In this document: positions 20,163 through 30,095 of the stretch, one piece after another
How the letters are laid out: each line of letters begins with the position of its first letter
Position numbering within the stretch: the stretch's first letter is position 1
Source of the DNA: Hydrurus foetidus
Lineage: Eukaryota
Reading direction: 5' to 3'
Length of the DNA stretch: 64,000 nt
Assembly (NCBI GenBank): GCA_900617105.1
Contig: UYFQ01000023.1
Coordinates: forward strand, 124,001 to 188,000
Notes under the pieces: generated by a model
Told to the model about the DNA's origin: nothing
Database searches by the model: none
The model's input: only the letters and a program-made list of their open reading frames with translations
Program-made: the position numbers and the translations under genes

Positions 20163-21073
20163 ACCGGATCCCAAGAGAAAACGTCACCAGAGCGGTCCAG
20201 CGGGAAGAAGCTGGCTTTGAGGGCGGGCAGCGCGTGGGCAGCGACGGATTCGGGTGTCCAGCCTTCGCTTCGGTGAACGGAGCGGATGGGCCGAGGCTGG
20301 CTCATCAAGAAGATTTCGTTGTTACGCACCGCAAAGACCTGGCCGTTCGCGTCAGACGCGGTGTCGCTGGCCAAGCACACCGCCAGCGGTGCGATTTTGG
20401 CGGGTGTCATTTGCTTGATGCGGTCTACACGGGCCTGCTCTGCGGGCGTGTCGGTGGGGATGGAACCGATCATGCGGCTCCAGGCAAACGGCGCAATGCA
20501 GTTGGAGCGCACGTTGAACTTTTGCATGTCCAGCGCTATGGATTTCGAGAGCGCCATCACCCCCAGCTTGGCTGCCGAGTAGTTGGCCTGCCCAAAATTG
20601 CCCACCAGCCCCGAGGTTGAGGTCATGTGGATGTAGTTGCCACTGCCCTGCTCTTTGAAGTGCGTGGCTGCCGCGCGGCTTACGTGGTACGCGCCGTAGA
20701 GGTGTACTTTGATGACAGCATCCCACTCGTCTACGCTCATTTTGTGGAAAAAGCGGTCGCGCAGGATGCCTGCGTTGTTCACCACCACGTCAACGCGACC
20801 AAAGGCATCGAGCGCGGCCTGGATGATGCGGCCAGCACCTGCGGGCTCAGACACGCTGTCGGTGTTCGCCACCGCCTCGCCGCCCAGGGCTTTGATTTCG
20901 TTGACCACCGCTTGCGCAGGGCCGGTGTCATTGCCTTCGCCAGACACTGAAGCGCCCAGGTCGTTCACCACCACTTTCGCACCTTCGCGGACCATCGCCA
21001 ACGCGATGTCACGCCCAATACCACCGCCTGCACCGGTCACGACGACGACTTTGTTTTGAACCATGTTGGCCAT
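20159..21073 (-). CDS. SDR, 3-hydroxyacyl-CoA dehydrogenase-like (MFE-2 type)
   Basis: TGAGGGIG, VNDLG, NNAGILRD and GNFGQANYSAAK. Confidence 0.9.
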   Translation of the reverse strand: MANMVQNKVVVVTGAGGGIGRDIALAMVREGAKVVVNDLGASVSGEGNDTGPAQAVVNEIKALGGEAVANTDSVSEPAGAGRIIQAALDAFGRVDVVVNNAGILRDRFFHKMSVDEWDAVIKVHLYGAYHVSRAAATHFKEQGSGNYIHMTSTSGLVGNFGQANYSAAKLGVMALSKSIALDMQKFNVRSNCIAPFAWSRMIGSIPTDTPAEQARVDRIKQMTPAKIAPLAVCLASDTASDANGQVFAVRNNEIFLMSQPRPIRSVHRSEGWTPESVAAHALPALKASFFPLDRSGDVFSWDPV

Positions 21074-21120
21074 GAGATTTTCCTGTGGGTTGTTGAAAAT
21101 TGAATAACTGCAAATGCGTT

Positions 21121-21912
21121 CTATGGCTTAGCGGGCCACTGGAACAGCGCGGGTTCCTTGTTCAAAAAGCGGTTCACGGCATTGCTGTGCTCTTGGGTAC
21201 ACGCCGCGATCGCCTGTGCGTTGCTTTCGATGTCCAGCATCGCGGGCAAATCAGCACCCAAAGCACCGCCCAGCGCACGCTTGACGAGGCTCACCGCCAC
21301 CGGGGACGCATTCACAAAGCTGGCGGCCAACGCCTGCGCACGGGCCAAGAGCGCGTCGGGTTCGTGCAGCTCCATCACGATGCCCAGTTGCAGCGCTTCA
21401 GCCGCTGACACTTCGCGGGCCGACAGCATGATTTCTTTGGCCCGCTGCACGCCCACGATGCGGGGCAAGGTGTGGAAAGCGCCGAAATCAGGCACCAAGC
21501 CCACGCGCATGAACGACATGCAAAAGCGGGCTTTGGGCGTGGCCAGCACAAAATCAGCGGCCAGCGCAAAGCTGAAACCGGCGCCATAGGCGACACCATC
21601 CACAGCTGCAATCACAGGGCGGTCTAGCGTCAGCAGGTCTTGCAGCCAGTGGTGCAGATCATGAAAACGGTCGCGCCAGCCCTGGTTACCCAAATCGGCA
21701 CTGGCCGCGATGCCGCGCAAATCACCACCACCGCTGAAATGCCCACCGGCACCGGCCAGTACCAAAGCGCGGATGCTGCGGTCTTCGCGCACCTGCGCCA
21801 AGGCATCGACGATCTCATCGCGCATGGCGACACTCAAAGCGTTGCGGTTGGCGGGGCTATCGAGCGTCAGCGTGGCGACCTGGTTTTTGATTTCAAATTG
21901 AGTAAGTTTCAT
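21121..21912 (-). CDS. Enoyl-CoA hydratase/isomerase (crotonase) family protein
   Basis: FSGGGDL, IAAVDGVAYGAG and GLVPDFG. Confidence 0.9.
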   Translation of the reverse strand: MKLTQFEIKNQVATLTLDSPANRNALSVAMRDEIVDALAQVREDRSIRALVLAGAGGHFSGGGDLRGIAASADLGNQGWRDRFHDLHHWLQDLLTLDRPVIAAVDGVAYGAGFSFALAADFVLATPKARFCMSFMRVGLVPDFGAFHTLPRIVGVQRAKEIMLSAREVSAAEALQLGIVMELHEPDALLARAQALAASFVNASPVAVSLVKRALGGALGADLPAMLDIESNAQAIAACTQEHSNAVNRFLNKEPALFQWPAKP

Positions 21913-21955
21913 GGGGTTATGGGTAGGGATATGGGTTTACGTTGTGAGGAAAAAA

Positions 21956-23560
21956 TCAAACCAAAGGCGTGCTGTGGCCCGCCCAGTACTGGTCACGCAG
22001 AAGGCGCTTGTAGAGCTTGCCGGTAGGGTGACGTGGCAACTCCGGCGTGAAATCCACCGACCGAGGGCATTTGAAATCGGCTAAATGTTCACGGCAAAAG
22101 GCGATCAGTTCGGCTTCCAGCGCTGGGCCAGCCTCGCTCATGTTGCGGGGCTCGACCACGGCTTTCACGGCTTCGCCGAAGTCTTCGCTGGGCACGCCCA
22201 AGACAGCCACATCCAGCACCTTGGGGTGGGTGACGAGCAGGTTTTCGATTTCTTGCGGGTAGATGTTGACCCCGCCCGAAATAATCATGTACGACTTGCG
22301 GTCGGTGAGGTAGAGGTAGCCTTCTTCGTCCACGTAGCCCACATCGCCCAGCGTCGTCCAGCCCTGTGCGTTTTTGGACTCGGTGGTCTTGGCGGCATCG
22401 TTGTGGTATTCAAACGGGCGGCCTTCGGCGAAGAAGACATTGCCGATCTCACGGGTGGGCAGCTCTTCGCCAAACACGCCGCAAATTTTGAGTTTGCCAA
22501 TCACCGCCTTGCCCACTGTGCCCTGGTGGGTTAGCCACTCTGGCGAGCGAACCAGCGTCATGCCATTGCCTTCGGTGCCCGCGTAATACTCCCAAATGAC
22601 CGGCCCCCACCATGCGATCATCTGCGCCTTGATGGGTATCGGGCAGGGTGCAGCCGCGTGGATGGCGAATTTCAACGAGGACACGTCGTACCTTGCACGC
22701 ACCTCGGGAGCGAGCTTGAGCATGCGCACAAACATCGTGGGCACCAGCTGGGTGTGGGTGGCCTGGTGCTTTTGCAACTGCGCCAAAAACGCCTCGGGCT
22801 CAAAGTGTTCCATGATGACCACACTGGCCCCCAGGCGCATGGCATTCATGCAAAATCGCATGGGCGCGGCGTGGTACAGCGGCGCAGGCGACAGGTACAC
22901 CGTGGACGGCGCAAAGCCGAAGTAGGTGCTGCAAATGCTGGTGAGCGAATTGCCAGCGGCAAAGTCGGGCGAGTCTGGCGGCAAAAACACGCCTTTGGGC
23001 TTGCCCGTGGTGCCCGAGGAATACAGCATGTCACCCCCCGCTGTTTGATCCGCAATCGGCGTGGTGGGTTGGAGAGCCAGTCGGGCTTCCAGCGATTCAT
23101 AACCCGTGACCACAGCCGCATTCACAGTTGCATTCACAGCCCCAGCCACCATCAGGCGGGTTTGAACCTTGGGCATCAGCGGCAACAGCCCTTGCGCCAA
23201 CGAGGCCAGCGCCGGGGATGTGACCAGCAACTGGGCAGCGCAGTTCTCGATGATGTAGGCGGCTTCACCCAGCTTCAAGCGGGTGCTGATGGCGGTGAAG
23301 ATGATGCCCGCCCGCTGCGCCCCCCAGCAGACCTCAAAAAACCGGGCATGGTTTTCAAGCATCACAGCAATGTGATCCCCCGCCTTCAGGCCCACAGAGC
23401 GCAGCAGGTGAGCGAACTGGTTGGAGCGTTCGTCGAGCTGCCGGTACGTCACCACCTCGCCACTGTCGGCCATCGTGTAGGCGGGCTTGTGGGGGGTGAG
23501 TTGGGCGTAGTGGCTGGGGTGAAACGTGTTTGTTTGTGTTGTCGTGTCTGTGGTCGTCAT
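21956..23560 (-). CDS. Acyl-CoA synthetase
   Basis: YSSGTTGKPKG, YAGTE, LGDVG and TGKL. Start at ATG 23560. Confidence 0.92.
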   Translation of the reverse strand: MTTTDTTTQTNTFHPSHYAQLTPHKPAYTMADSGEVVTYRQLDERSNQFAHLLRSVGLKAGDHIAVMLENHARFFEVCWGAQRAGIIFTAISTRLKLGEAAYIIENCAAQLLVTSPALASLAQGLLPLMPKVQTRLMVAGAVNATVNAAVVTGYESLEARLALQPTTPIADQTAGGDMLYSSGTTGKPKGVFLPPDSPDFAAGNSLTSICSTYFGFAPSTVYLSPAPLYHAAPMRFCMNAMRLGASVVIMEHFEPEAFLAQLQKHQATHTQLVPTMFVRMLKLAPEVRARYDVSSLKFAIHAAAPCPIPIKAQMIAWWGPVIWEYYAGTEGNGMTLVRSPEWLTHQGTVGKAVIGKLKICGVFGEELPTREIGNVFFAEGRPFEYHNDAAKTTESKNAQGWTTLGDVGYVDEEGYLYLTDRKSYMIISGGVNIYPQEIENLLVTHPKVLDVAVLGVPSEDFGEAVKAVVEPRNMSEAGPALEAELIAFCREHLADFKCPRSVDFTPELPRHPTGKLYKRLLRDQYWAGHSTPLV

Positions 23561-23604
23561 CTTGTTGTCTCTTTGTGGTTTTTGAACGGTCAGAATGCTG
23601 TGGC

Positions 23605-24756
23605 TTACAAATTGCGCGAGATCAACTCCTTCATCACCTCGCTGGTGCCCCCGTAAATACGGTTCACACGCGAATCCACAAAGGCGCGGCAAATGGGGTA
23701 AGCCATCATGTAGCCGTAGCCCCCATAGAGTTGCAGCAACTCGTCCAGCGCACGGCCCAGTTCTTCGGTGCAGTAGAGCTTGGCGATGGCGGCTTCTTCC
23801 ACCGTCAGTTTGCGGCGCAGGTGCTCGGCCAGGTACATGTCCACCATCATGCGCATGGCGGTGGCGCGGGCTTTGATGTCGGCGAGTTTGAAGCGCGTGT
23901 TCTGAAAATCAAACAACGGCTTGCCAAACACCATGCGCTCTTTGGTGTAGCGAACCGTCTCGGTCAGCATGGCTTCGAGCTTGGCCGCACAGCCAATGGC
24001 GATGATGAAGCGCTCTTGCGCCAGCTCGGTCATCAGGTAGGCAAAGCCTTTGCCCTCCTCGCCCAGCAGGTTGCTCACGGGCACGCGCAGGTCGTCAAAA
24101 AACAGCTCTGCCGTATCGGCGGCCTCTTGGCCCATTTTTTCCAGCTTGGCACCTTTGCGAAAACCGGGACGGTCAGCCTCCACCAAAATCAGCGACACAC
24201 CTTTGGCACCCAACTCGGGCTGGGTCTTGGCGACAAGCACCACCAAATCGCAGTTCAAGCCATTGGAGATAAAGGTTTTGGAGCCATTGATGACGTACTC
24301 ATCGCCATCGCGCACCGCCGTGGTTCGGATGGCCTTCAGGTCGCTGCCCGCGCCCGGCTCGCTCATCGCAATGGCCAAAATCGTCTCGCCGCGTGCGCAA
24401 GATGCCAGCCAGCGCGCTTTCTGCGCCGCCGTGCCCAAGCGATCGATATAAGGGGCAATGATGTCCGAATGCAAATAAAACCCTGGCCCACTGATGCCTG
24501 AGCTGGCGATTTCCTCGATCAGTACCGCGCAATGGCCAAAGTCGCCACCGGCACCGCCCCACTCTTCCGACTGGGCGGTGCAGAGCAAGCCCTCACGACC
24601 GGCTTTCAGCCAAGTCTCTCTGTCCACGCGGCCCTCCTTGTCCCACTGGGCTTGCAGGGGTTTGCACTCGCGCTCGATAAAGCGGCGCACGGTGTCGCGG
24701 TAAGCCTCGTGGTCTTCACGGAACACGGTACGGGGGAAGGTTAAAACGCTGTCCAT
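23605..24756 (-). CDS. Acyl-CoA dehydrogenase (long-chain type)
   Basis: IAMSEPGAGSD, NGSKTFISNG, LAQER and RIYGGTSE. Confidence 0.93.
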   Translation of the reverse strand: MDSVLTFPRTVFREDHEAYRDTVRRFIERECKPLQAQWDKEGRVDRETWLKAGREGLLCTAQSEEWGGAGGDFGHCAVLIEEIASSGISGPGFYLHSDIIAPYIDRLGTAAQKARWLASCARGETILAIAMSEPGAGSDLKAIRTTAVRDGDEYVINGSKTFISNGLNCDLVVLVAKTQPELGAKGVSLILVEADRPGFRKGAKLEKMGQEAADTAELFFDDLRVPVSNLLGEEGKGFAYLMTELAQERFIIAIGCAAKLEAMLTETVRYTKERMVFGKPLFDFQNTRFKLADIKARATAMRMMVDMYLAEHLRRKLTVEEAAIAKLYCTEELGRALDELLQLYGGYGYMMAYPICRAFVDSRVNRIYGGTSEVMKELISRNL

Positions 24757-24787
24757 GGTGTTTGTCTCTTGATGTTGTTAAATTGGG

Positions 24788-25261
24788 TTACGGCAGGGCC
24801 AGCACAGCTTCACCCGAAAGCTTGATGTGGCCGTCTTGGTTGGTTGTGGTCAGCGTGACCCGCACACAGCGCTCGCGCTGCTCGCCACTTTGTACTTGTA
24901 GCTCGAACTTCTCGTCAACGCGCCCGGTGCAAGTGATTCGCTCATGCAGCTGGGTGATCGCCGCAAACCGCACGCTGAATTCGCGCACAGCGGTTTGTGG
25001 CACCCAGTCCGTCAGCAAGCGGCCCAGCCACGCCATCGACAGCATGCCGTGGGCGAACACATCAGGCACACCGGCAGATTTAGCGAAATCGCTGTCCACG
25101 TGAATAGGGTTGTGGTCGCCGGAAGCACCGCAGTACAGCGCCAATGCCAGTCGGGAAACGGGAGGCGTTTCAAAAGCAGGCAGCGCATCGCCCACCTGAA
25201 CGCTGTCGAAACCCAGAGGAATTTTTGGAGGGGAAATTTGAGAGGCGGGTGTGTCAGTCAT
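24788..25261 (-). CDS. MaoC-family dehydratase (catalytic subunit)
   Basis: ASGDHNPIHVD...AHGM hydratase-2 motif. Start at ATG 25261. Confidence 0.9.
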   Translation of the reverse strand: MTDTPASQISPPKIPLGFDSVQVGDALPAFETPPVSRLALALYCGASGDHNPIHVDSDFAKSAGVPDVFAHGMLSMAWLGRLLTDWVPQTAVREFSVRFAAITQLHERITCTGRVDEKFELQVQSGEQRERCVRVTLTTTNQDGHIKLSGEAVLALP

Positions 25262-25287
25262 GGGTTGATTCCATCCAGGGGTCAAGT

Positions 25288-25731
25288 TCAGCGCAGCACC
25301 GTCACGCCACGCAATTCAGCGATCAACGCACCGTGCTGGTTCGTGACCTGGGTCTTGCGCACCACGAACTCCAGCGCACCATTTTTCTTGTCGTAGATAT
25401 CCTCAATACGCTGCGAAAACTGGAGCACGTCACCCGCATAGGCCATGGCGTGGTAGGTGAAGGCCTGCTCACCGTGCAGCAACCGGGTGTAGTCCAGCCC
25501 CAGCAGATTGCGGATGGCGGCAGGGTCAGGCGAGGCCATCTCCAGGCAAAACAAAAACGTAGGTGGCACCGGCAGCGCCGAATGGCCTGCAGCACGGGCA
25601 GCCCCTTCGTCGCTGTAAACCGGGTCAGTCTGGCCCGTGGCTTTGGCAAAGAACTGCAGGCGACCTGCTTCTACAGGCACGCTGAAGGTGGGCATGGTGT
25701 GCCCGATGTAACGTCGGTCAATCATCGCCAT
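25288..25731 (-). CDS. MaoC N-terminal-type hot-dog protein (partner subunit)
   Basis: FAKATG, PVPPTF and LLHGEQ; adjacent to the MaoC gene. Confidence 0.85.
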   Translation of the reverse strand: MAMIDRRYIGHTMPTFSVPVEAGRLQFFAKATGQTDPVYSDEGAARAAGHSALPVPPTFLFCLEMASPDPAAIRNLLGLDYTRLLHGEQAFTYHAMAYAGDVLQFSQRIEDIYDKKNGALEFVVRKTQVTNQHGALIAELRGVTVLR

Positions 25732-25738
25732 GCTCCGG

Positions 25739-26944
25739 TCAGACAACGGTATCTACACGTTGGTACAGCGTCACCACGCAAGCACCACCGAGGCCCAGGT
25801 TGTGCTGCAAAGCGAGTCTTGCACCCTCCACCTGCCGCTGGTCGGCCTGCCCGCGCAGCTGCCACACCAACTCTGCGCATTGCGCCAAACCGGTGGCACC
25901 CAGAGGATGACCCTTGGACAACAGCCCGCCAGAAGGGTTGGTCACGATACGCCCACCGTAGGTGTTGTCACCGTCCAGGATGAATTTTTCAGCGGTACCT
26001 TCAGGCGTTAAACCCAGGCCTTCGTAGGTGATGAGTTCGTTGGCGGTGAAGCAGTCATGCAGCTCCACCACGTCCAGATCGTCCGGGCCTATGCCTGCGG
26101 CCTCGTAGACCTGCCGGGCGGCAGCGGCGGTCATGTCGTAGCCCACCAGTTGGCGCATGTCGCGCTTCTCAAAAGTGCTGGGGGTGTCGGTGGTCATGGC
26201 CTGGGCGGCGATCACCACACGGCGGTCCAGGTTGTGTTTTTTGGCGAAATCGGCGGAGCAAACGATGGCGGCCGCAGCACCGCAGGTGGGGGGGCAGCAT
26301 TGGTAGCGCGTCAACGGCGCAAACACCGTGGGCGAGGCCATCACTTCGTCCAGCGTCAGGGTCTGGCGGAACACGGCCAGCGGGTTGCGTGCCGCGTGCT
26401 GGCGGGCTTTGACCGAGATGCGGCCAAAGGTGTCGGGGCGAATGCCGTATTGCTTGATGTAGTCACGCCCTGCCCCGCCAAAAAACTGGGCTGCACGGGG
26501 CAAGGCCGGTTCCGTGCCCTGAATCTCGTCCATCACTTGTGCAAACCGTGCCATGGGTGAGGGTCGGTCGTCGTAAGCGCCTTTAAGCGCGCCGGGAACC
26601 ATTTGGTCAAACCCCAAGGCGATAGCGCATTCGACCATGCCACTTTCCACCGCCTGGCGTGCCAGGAACAGCGCACTGGAGCCCGAAGAGCAGTTGTTGT
26701 TGACGTTGACCACCGGAATGCCCGTCAGCCCCACGCCGTAAATGGCGGCCTGACCCGAGGTGGAATCGCCATACACGTAGCCCACATAAGCTTGCTGCAC
26801 TTCGCGGTAGGGCACACCGGCATCGTCAAGGGCCAGTTGGGCAGCACGCGCGCCCATCACGGTATAGGGGTCACTGGCACCGGGTTTGGTGAAGGGGATC
26901 ATGCCCACACCGACGACGTGAACGGGACGCTGCATGCGTTTCAT
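25739..26944 (-). CDS. SCP2-type thiolase (lipid-transfer protein)
   Basis: NNNCSSGS (catalytic Cys), ELHDCF and GHPLGATG. Start at ATG 26944. Confidence 0.9.
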   Translation of the reverse strand: MKRMQRPVHVVGVGMIPFTKPGASDPYTVMGARAAQLALDDAGVPYREVQQAYVGYVYGDSTSGQAAIYGVGLTGIPVVNVNNNCSSGSSALFLARQAVESGMVECAIALGFDQMVPGALKGAYDDRPSPMARFAQVMDEIQGTEPALPRAAQFFGGAGRDYIKQYGIRPDTFGRISVKARQHAARNPLAVFRQTLTLDEVMASPTVFAPLTRYQCCPPTCGAAAAIVCSADFAKKHNLDRRVVIAAQAMTTDTPSTFEKRDMRQLVGYDMTAAAARQVYEAAGIGPDDLDVVELHDCFTANELITYEGLGLTPEGTAEKFILDGDNTYGGRIVTNPSGGLLSKGHPLGATGLAQCAELVWQLRGQADQRQVEGARLALQHNLGLGGACVVTLYQRVDTVV

Positions 26945-27004
26945 GGGAACTCCTTGAGGGGTTGTGCAAACTGAGGGCAGTTTGCGCTGGGGTAGTCGCA
27001 GACT

Positions 27005-27034
27005 CAATCGCCTATCGGTTCAAAATCATTGGCA
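27005..27034 (-). promoter_or_regulatory. Putative AraC-family tandem binding site 1
   Basis: Minus strand TGCCAATGATTTTGAACCGATAGGCGATTG; shares TGCCAAT-N-AT-N-TTG-N8-GGCSATTG with 27537-27566. Confidence 0.55.
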
Positions 27035-27062
27035 TAAACAATCAACTGCGAACAGCGATCGG

Positions 27063-27503
27063 TCAGCTGGCGTTCCTGTAACGGAACGTGCCCATCGCCT
27101 GGGCTGCCACCTTGCCGTTTTCGTCTTCCACGCGTGCTTCGCAAAAACACAGCGACTTACCGCCACCCGTGGCCCGGGCTGTGGCCACCAGCCGACCAGA
27201 GGAGGCGCTCATGAAAGCCACGTGCATGTCGACCGTCACCACCTCGCGGGCATAGTCGATGCGCGACAAAGCCGCGTTGGCCATGGCCACGTCCATCAGC
27301 GTCATCAGCACGCCGCCGTGCCCGGCACCGTGGTTGTTCAACAGGTGCGGTTGCAGGGCCATGGAGACCACAGCGTTACCAGCAACGGCCTGCTCGACGA
27401 CGAGCCCTAAATGAGCGGTGAAGGGAACATGGCGGTTGCGTCCGCTGCGGGGTAAGGCAGCATCGGCAAGGTCGGGTTGGGATAGAGCTGGTGTGAGTGA
27501 CAT
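27063..27503 (-). CDS. PaaI family thioesterase
   Basis: NNHGAGHGGVLMTLMD motif. Start at ATG 27503. Confidence 0.9.
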   Translation of the reverse strand: MSLTPALSQPDLADAALPRSGRNRHVPFTAHLGLVVEQAVAGNAVVSMALQPHLLNNHGAGHGGVLMTLMDVAMANAALSRIDYAREVVTVDMHVAFMSASSGRLVATARATGGGKSLCFCEARVEDENGKVAAQAMGTFRYRNAS

Positions 27504-27536
27504 GCCGCCAAGCTTAGGCGGCACAAGCAGCATCAC

Positions 27537-27566
27537 CAATGGCCGGAACGGCCAACATGATTGGCA
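27537..27566 (-). promoter_or_regulatory. Putative AraC-family tandem binding site 2
   Basis: Minus strand TGCCAATCATGTTGGCCGTTCCGGCCATTG upstream of paaI; overlaps a 14-bp-arm hairpin at 27552-27588. Confidence 0.55.
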
Positions 27567-27602
27567 AAATTGTCGCCAATCACGTTGGTGACTATCGCAG
27601 TC

Positions 27603-28655
27603 TCAAGCCTCGCTGTGCCCAAGAGCGCTGCGGTACTCGCCCGGCGCCACGCCCGTCCAGCTTTTGAACGCACGGTGAAAGGTACTGGCCTCGGAAAACC
27701 CCACGCGATTGGCAATGTCCAGCAGCGGCAGCCGGGTCTGGGCCAGGTATTCGATGGCGGCATCGCGCCGCAGCTCGTCTTTGATTTGCTGAAAGCCGCT
27801 GCCCTCATCGCGCAAGCGGCGACGCAAAGTCTGCGGCGTGATGGCAAGCGCTTGACCCACCGCCTCCAGCGAGGGCAACTCGTCACGCAGCCGTTTTCGC
27901 AACAGACGGCGGATGCGGTCAGTCAGGCTGCTGGTGTCCCGGTAGCGCACCAGCAAACTGGCGGGCGCTTGCTGTAAGAATTCAGCCAGACTTTGGCTGT
28001 TTTGCACCACGGGCAAATCCAGCCAACGCGCCTCAAACCGAAAGCCCACATGGGCTTTGGCGTAGTGCATGGGCGCATGAAACAGCAGTTCAGCATCGGT
28101 GTTGTAAGCCATGTCAGCCTCGGGGTAGGTCACGTCCAGCAACGGGATGCGCCGCGCGACCAGCCATGACACCAGCCCGTAGGTGAAAAATGCAAACACC
28201 CGCTCGGCATAGCTCTGCGCCCGGTCGCGCGGCCACCGGCTGACCAGCCGGTAATGCGCAAAACCATCATCCACGACAAGGCGCGGCACAAAGTCATGCA
28301 ATTGCAGGTGAAAGAACCGACAACCTGTGCGCAGCACCTCACCCAGCGTCTGGCAATGCACCAGCATGCGGCACGCCTGCACAAAACTGCCCACCCGCAG
28401 CGGATGGTGGCACAGCCCCCACAGCTCATCACGGGTCACGCGCCGCAGCACAAAGGTGAGGGCCGCGTACTGCGCCTGAGTGACACGGGCCAGGGGGGAG
28501 TCCAGCAAAGCGGGTGCGATGCCCGCACGCTGGACGATGGCATGGATGTCGCCACCCCGCTGGCGCACGCCCTGCAAAATCTGGAGGACTTGGGGGATGG
28601 AGATAGTGTGGTGTGCGGTGTGCAGAACCGTAGCGTTGGCTGTGTGCAAAGACAT
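27603..28655 (-). CDS. AraC family regulator (OruR-like N-domain)
   Basis: C-terminal double HTH (TLRRRLRDEG...IANRVGFSEASTFHRAFKSWTG). Confidence 0.92.
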   Translation of the reverse strand: MSLHTANATVLHTAHHTISIPQVLQILQGVRQRGGDIHAIVQRAGIAPALLDSPLARVTQAQYAALTFVLRRVTRDELWGLCHHPLRVGSFVQACRMLVHCQTLGEVLRTGCRFFHLQLHDFVPRLVVDDGFAHYRLVSRWPRDRAQSYAERVFAFFTYGLVSWLVARRIPLLDVTYPEADMAYNTDAELLFHAPMHYAKAHVGFRFEARWLDLPVVQNSQSLAEFLQQAPASLLVRYRDTSSLTDRIRRLLRKRLRDELPSLEAVGQALAITPQTLRRRLRDEGSGFQQIKDELRRDAAIEYLAQTRLPLLDIANRVGFSEASTFHRAFKSWTGVAPGEYRSALGHSEA

Positions 28656-28659
28656 GGGT

Positions 28660-29250
28660 TCAGTTTAATTTAGGGCACCTGGGCACCTGGGCATCTGAAG
28701 TCAACACCTCCAACTCGCCAAACCCCGGCCCCTGCTGCGGCCACTGGTCAGCCTGCGTCGGGCACGCCATACCGGCCAGCAGCAGCCTCGCCGCACGCAC
28801 CACCCCCGCGTGCGTGACCCACAGCGCGTCCTCGCCACTGGCACGCCACTGCGCGAGGGCAGCGTCCACGCGCTGCATGAACATCCGCACGCTTTCACCA
28901 TGCACACCCACACACGTGTCAGCAAAATCCGCCGTCCAGGCGTCGATCTCTGTTTTGGGGATGGCGCTCCAGAGCTGGCCTTCCCACTCGCCAAAGTTCA
29001 TCTCTGCGATGCGGGGTTCGGTGTGTTCCGTTTTAAAGACCAAATCTGCTCTTACCGCATGCAGAGCGAGCGCGAGCTGCTCACATCTTTGTAGCGAAGA
29101 GCAGCGCATGGGCAAGTGCAGCGGCAAGGCAGAGGCCAGCGTATGTGCTGCTTGGGCGGTGGCTTCAGCGTCAGCAGGCATGTCGGTCGCGCCGTAGCAG
29201 ACCCCCGGTGCCACCAACGGACGCGCATGGCGCACCAGCCAGAGCTTCAT
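28660..29250 (-). CDS. cobC: Histidine phosphatase, alpha-ribazole phosphatase-like
   Basis: LVRHA, EMNFGEWEG, GES and THAG motifs; follows cobS. Confidence 0.8.
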   Translation of the reverse strand: MKLWLVRHARPLVAPGVCYGATDMPADAEATAQAAHTLASALPLHLPMRCSSLQRCEQLALALHAVRADLVFKTEHTEPRIAEMNFGEWEGQLWSAIPKTEIDAWTADFADTCVGVHGESVRMFMQRVDAALAQWRASGEDALWVTHAGVVRAARLLLAGMACPTQADQWPQQGPGFGELEVLTSDAQVPRCPKLN

Positions 29251-30089
29251 GAAAGAGCAGGCGCCAGAGCCAGCCCCAGGTAAAACACCAACTCACCCAC
29301 TTGCTGCGTGGCACCGAGACAATCCCCGGTGAAGCCCTGCAAACGGCGCTGAAACCAGCGGTACATCCACGCTAGGGTTAGCATCAAAAAAATCAAAGAA
29401 ACTACAGTTTTGATAGCACCCATCACCCACCAAATAAGAAAGACTGCCGGTATTGACCACAGAAAAGCAACCCTCAAAGCGCCTGCGCTGATTTGATCGG
29501 CCAAGGGCTTGGATTTGGACGTGGCATCGTCCCCCACATGCGGCAACCAGCGGATCAGCCACAGTGGGACGAACCGCGACAGCACATGGGCGGTGACGAT
29601 GGCAACGGCCACATCCGTCCACGCTGCTGCCCCTCCCTGCCCTGCCAGCAGCGCCAACAGGGCGAATTTGAGCGCCAGCACCAGCACCAGTGCCAGCACC
29701 CCAAAAGCCCCGACGCGGGAATCCTTCATGATGACCAGCGAGCGCTCGCGTTGCAAGCTGCCACCCAGACCATCCGCCACATCGGCCAAACCGTCTTCAT
29801 GGAAGCCGCCTGTCATCAGCACCGTGGCCACAGTGCTGAGCACAGCCGCCACCCACGCACTGGCTTGGCTGCTGTGACCCGCCAGCGTCAACGCCCACAA
29901 GGACAGCGCAAACACCCCCGCCGCCACGCCGCCCACCAACCAGCCGATACCGGGGAAATGCCCCGCACTGGCCCTGAGCATCTGCGGGCTGTAGCCCACC
30001 CAATTCGCCAGCCGCCCGGTGACAGGCACGCGGGTAAAGAACTGGAGGGCAAGTAAAAAGTGCCGAAAAAACTGTCGCGCAACGCTCAT
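29247..30089 (-). CDS. cobS: Cobalamin synthase (adenosylcobinamide-GDP ribazoletransferase)
   Basis: QFFTRVP, TGGFHEDGLAD, IMKDSRVG and GFTGDCLGA. Confidence 0.95.
   Translation of the reverse strand: MSVARQFFRHFLLALQFFTRVPVTGRLANWVGYSPQMLRASAGHFPGIGWLVGGVAAGVFALSLWALTLAGHSSQASAWVAAVLSTVATVLMTGGFHEDGLADVADGLGGSLQRERSLVIMKDSRVGAFGVLALVLVLALKFALLALLAGQGGAAAWTDVAVAIVTAHVLSRFVPLWLIRWLPHVGDDATSKSKPLADQISAGALRVAFLWSIPAVFLIWWVMGAIKTVVSLIFLMLTLAWMYRWFQRRLQGFTGDCLGATQQVGELVFYLGLALAPALS
29401..29454 (+). repeat. Dispersed element copy (inside a cobS TM region)
   Basis: ACTACAGTTTTGATAGC ACCCATCAC CCACCAAAT AAGAAA GACTGCCGGTATT. Confidence 0.6.
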
Positions 30090-30095
30090 GAATTT

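Noticed and set aside
28673..28696. GGGCACCT-type 8-bp tandem repeat at the cobC 3' end
   Set aside because: Three imperfect units affecting only the tail; probably slippage.
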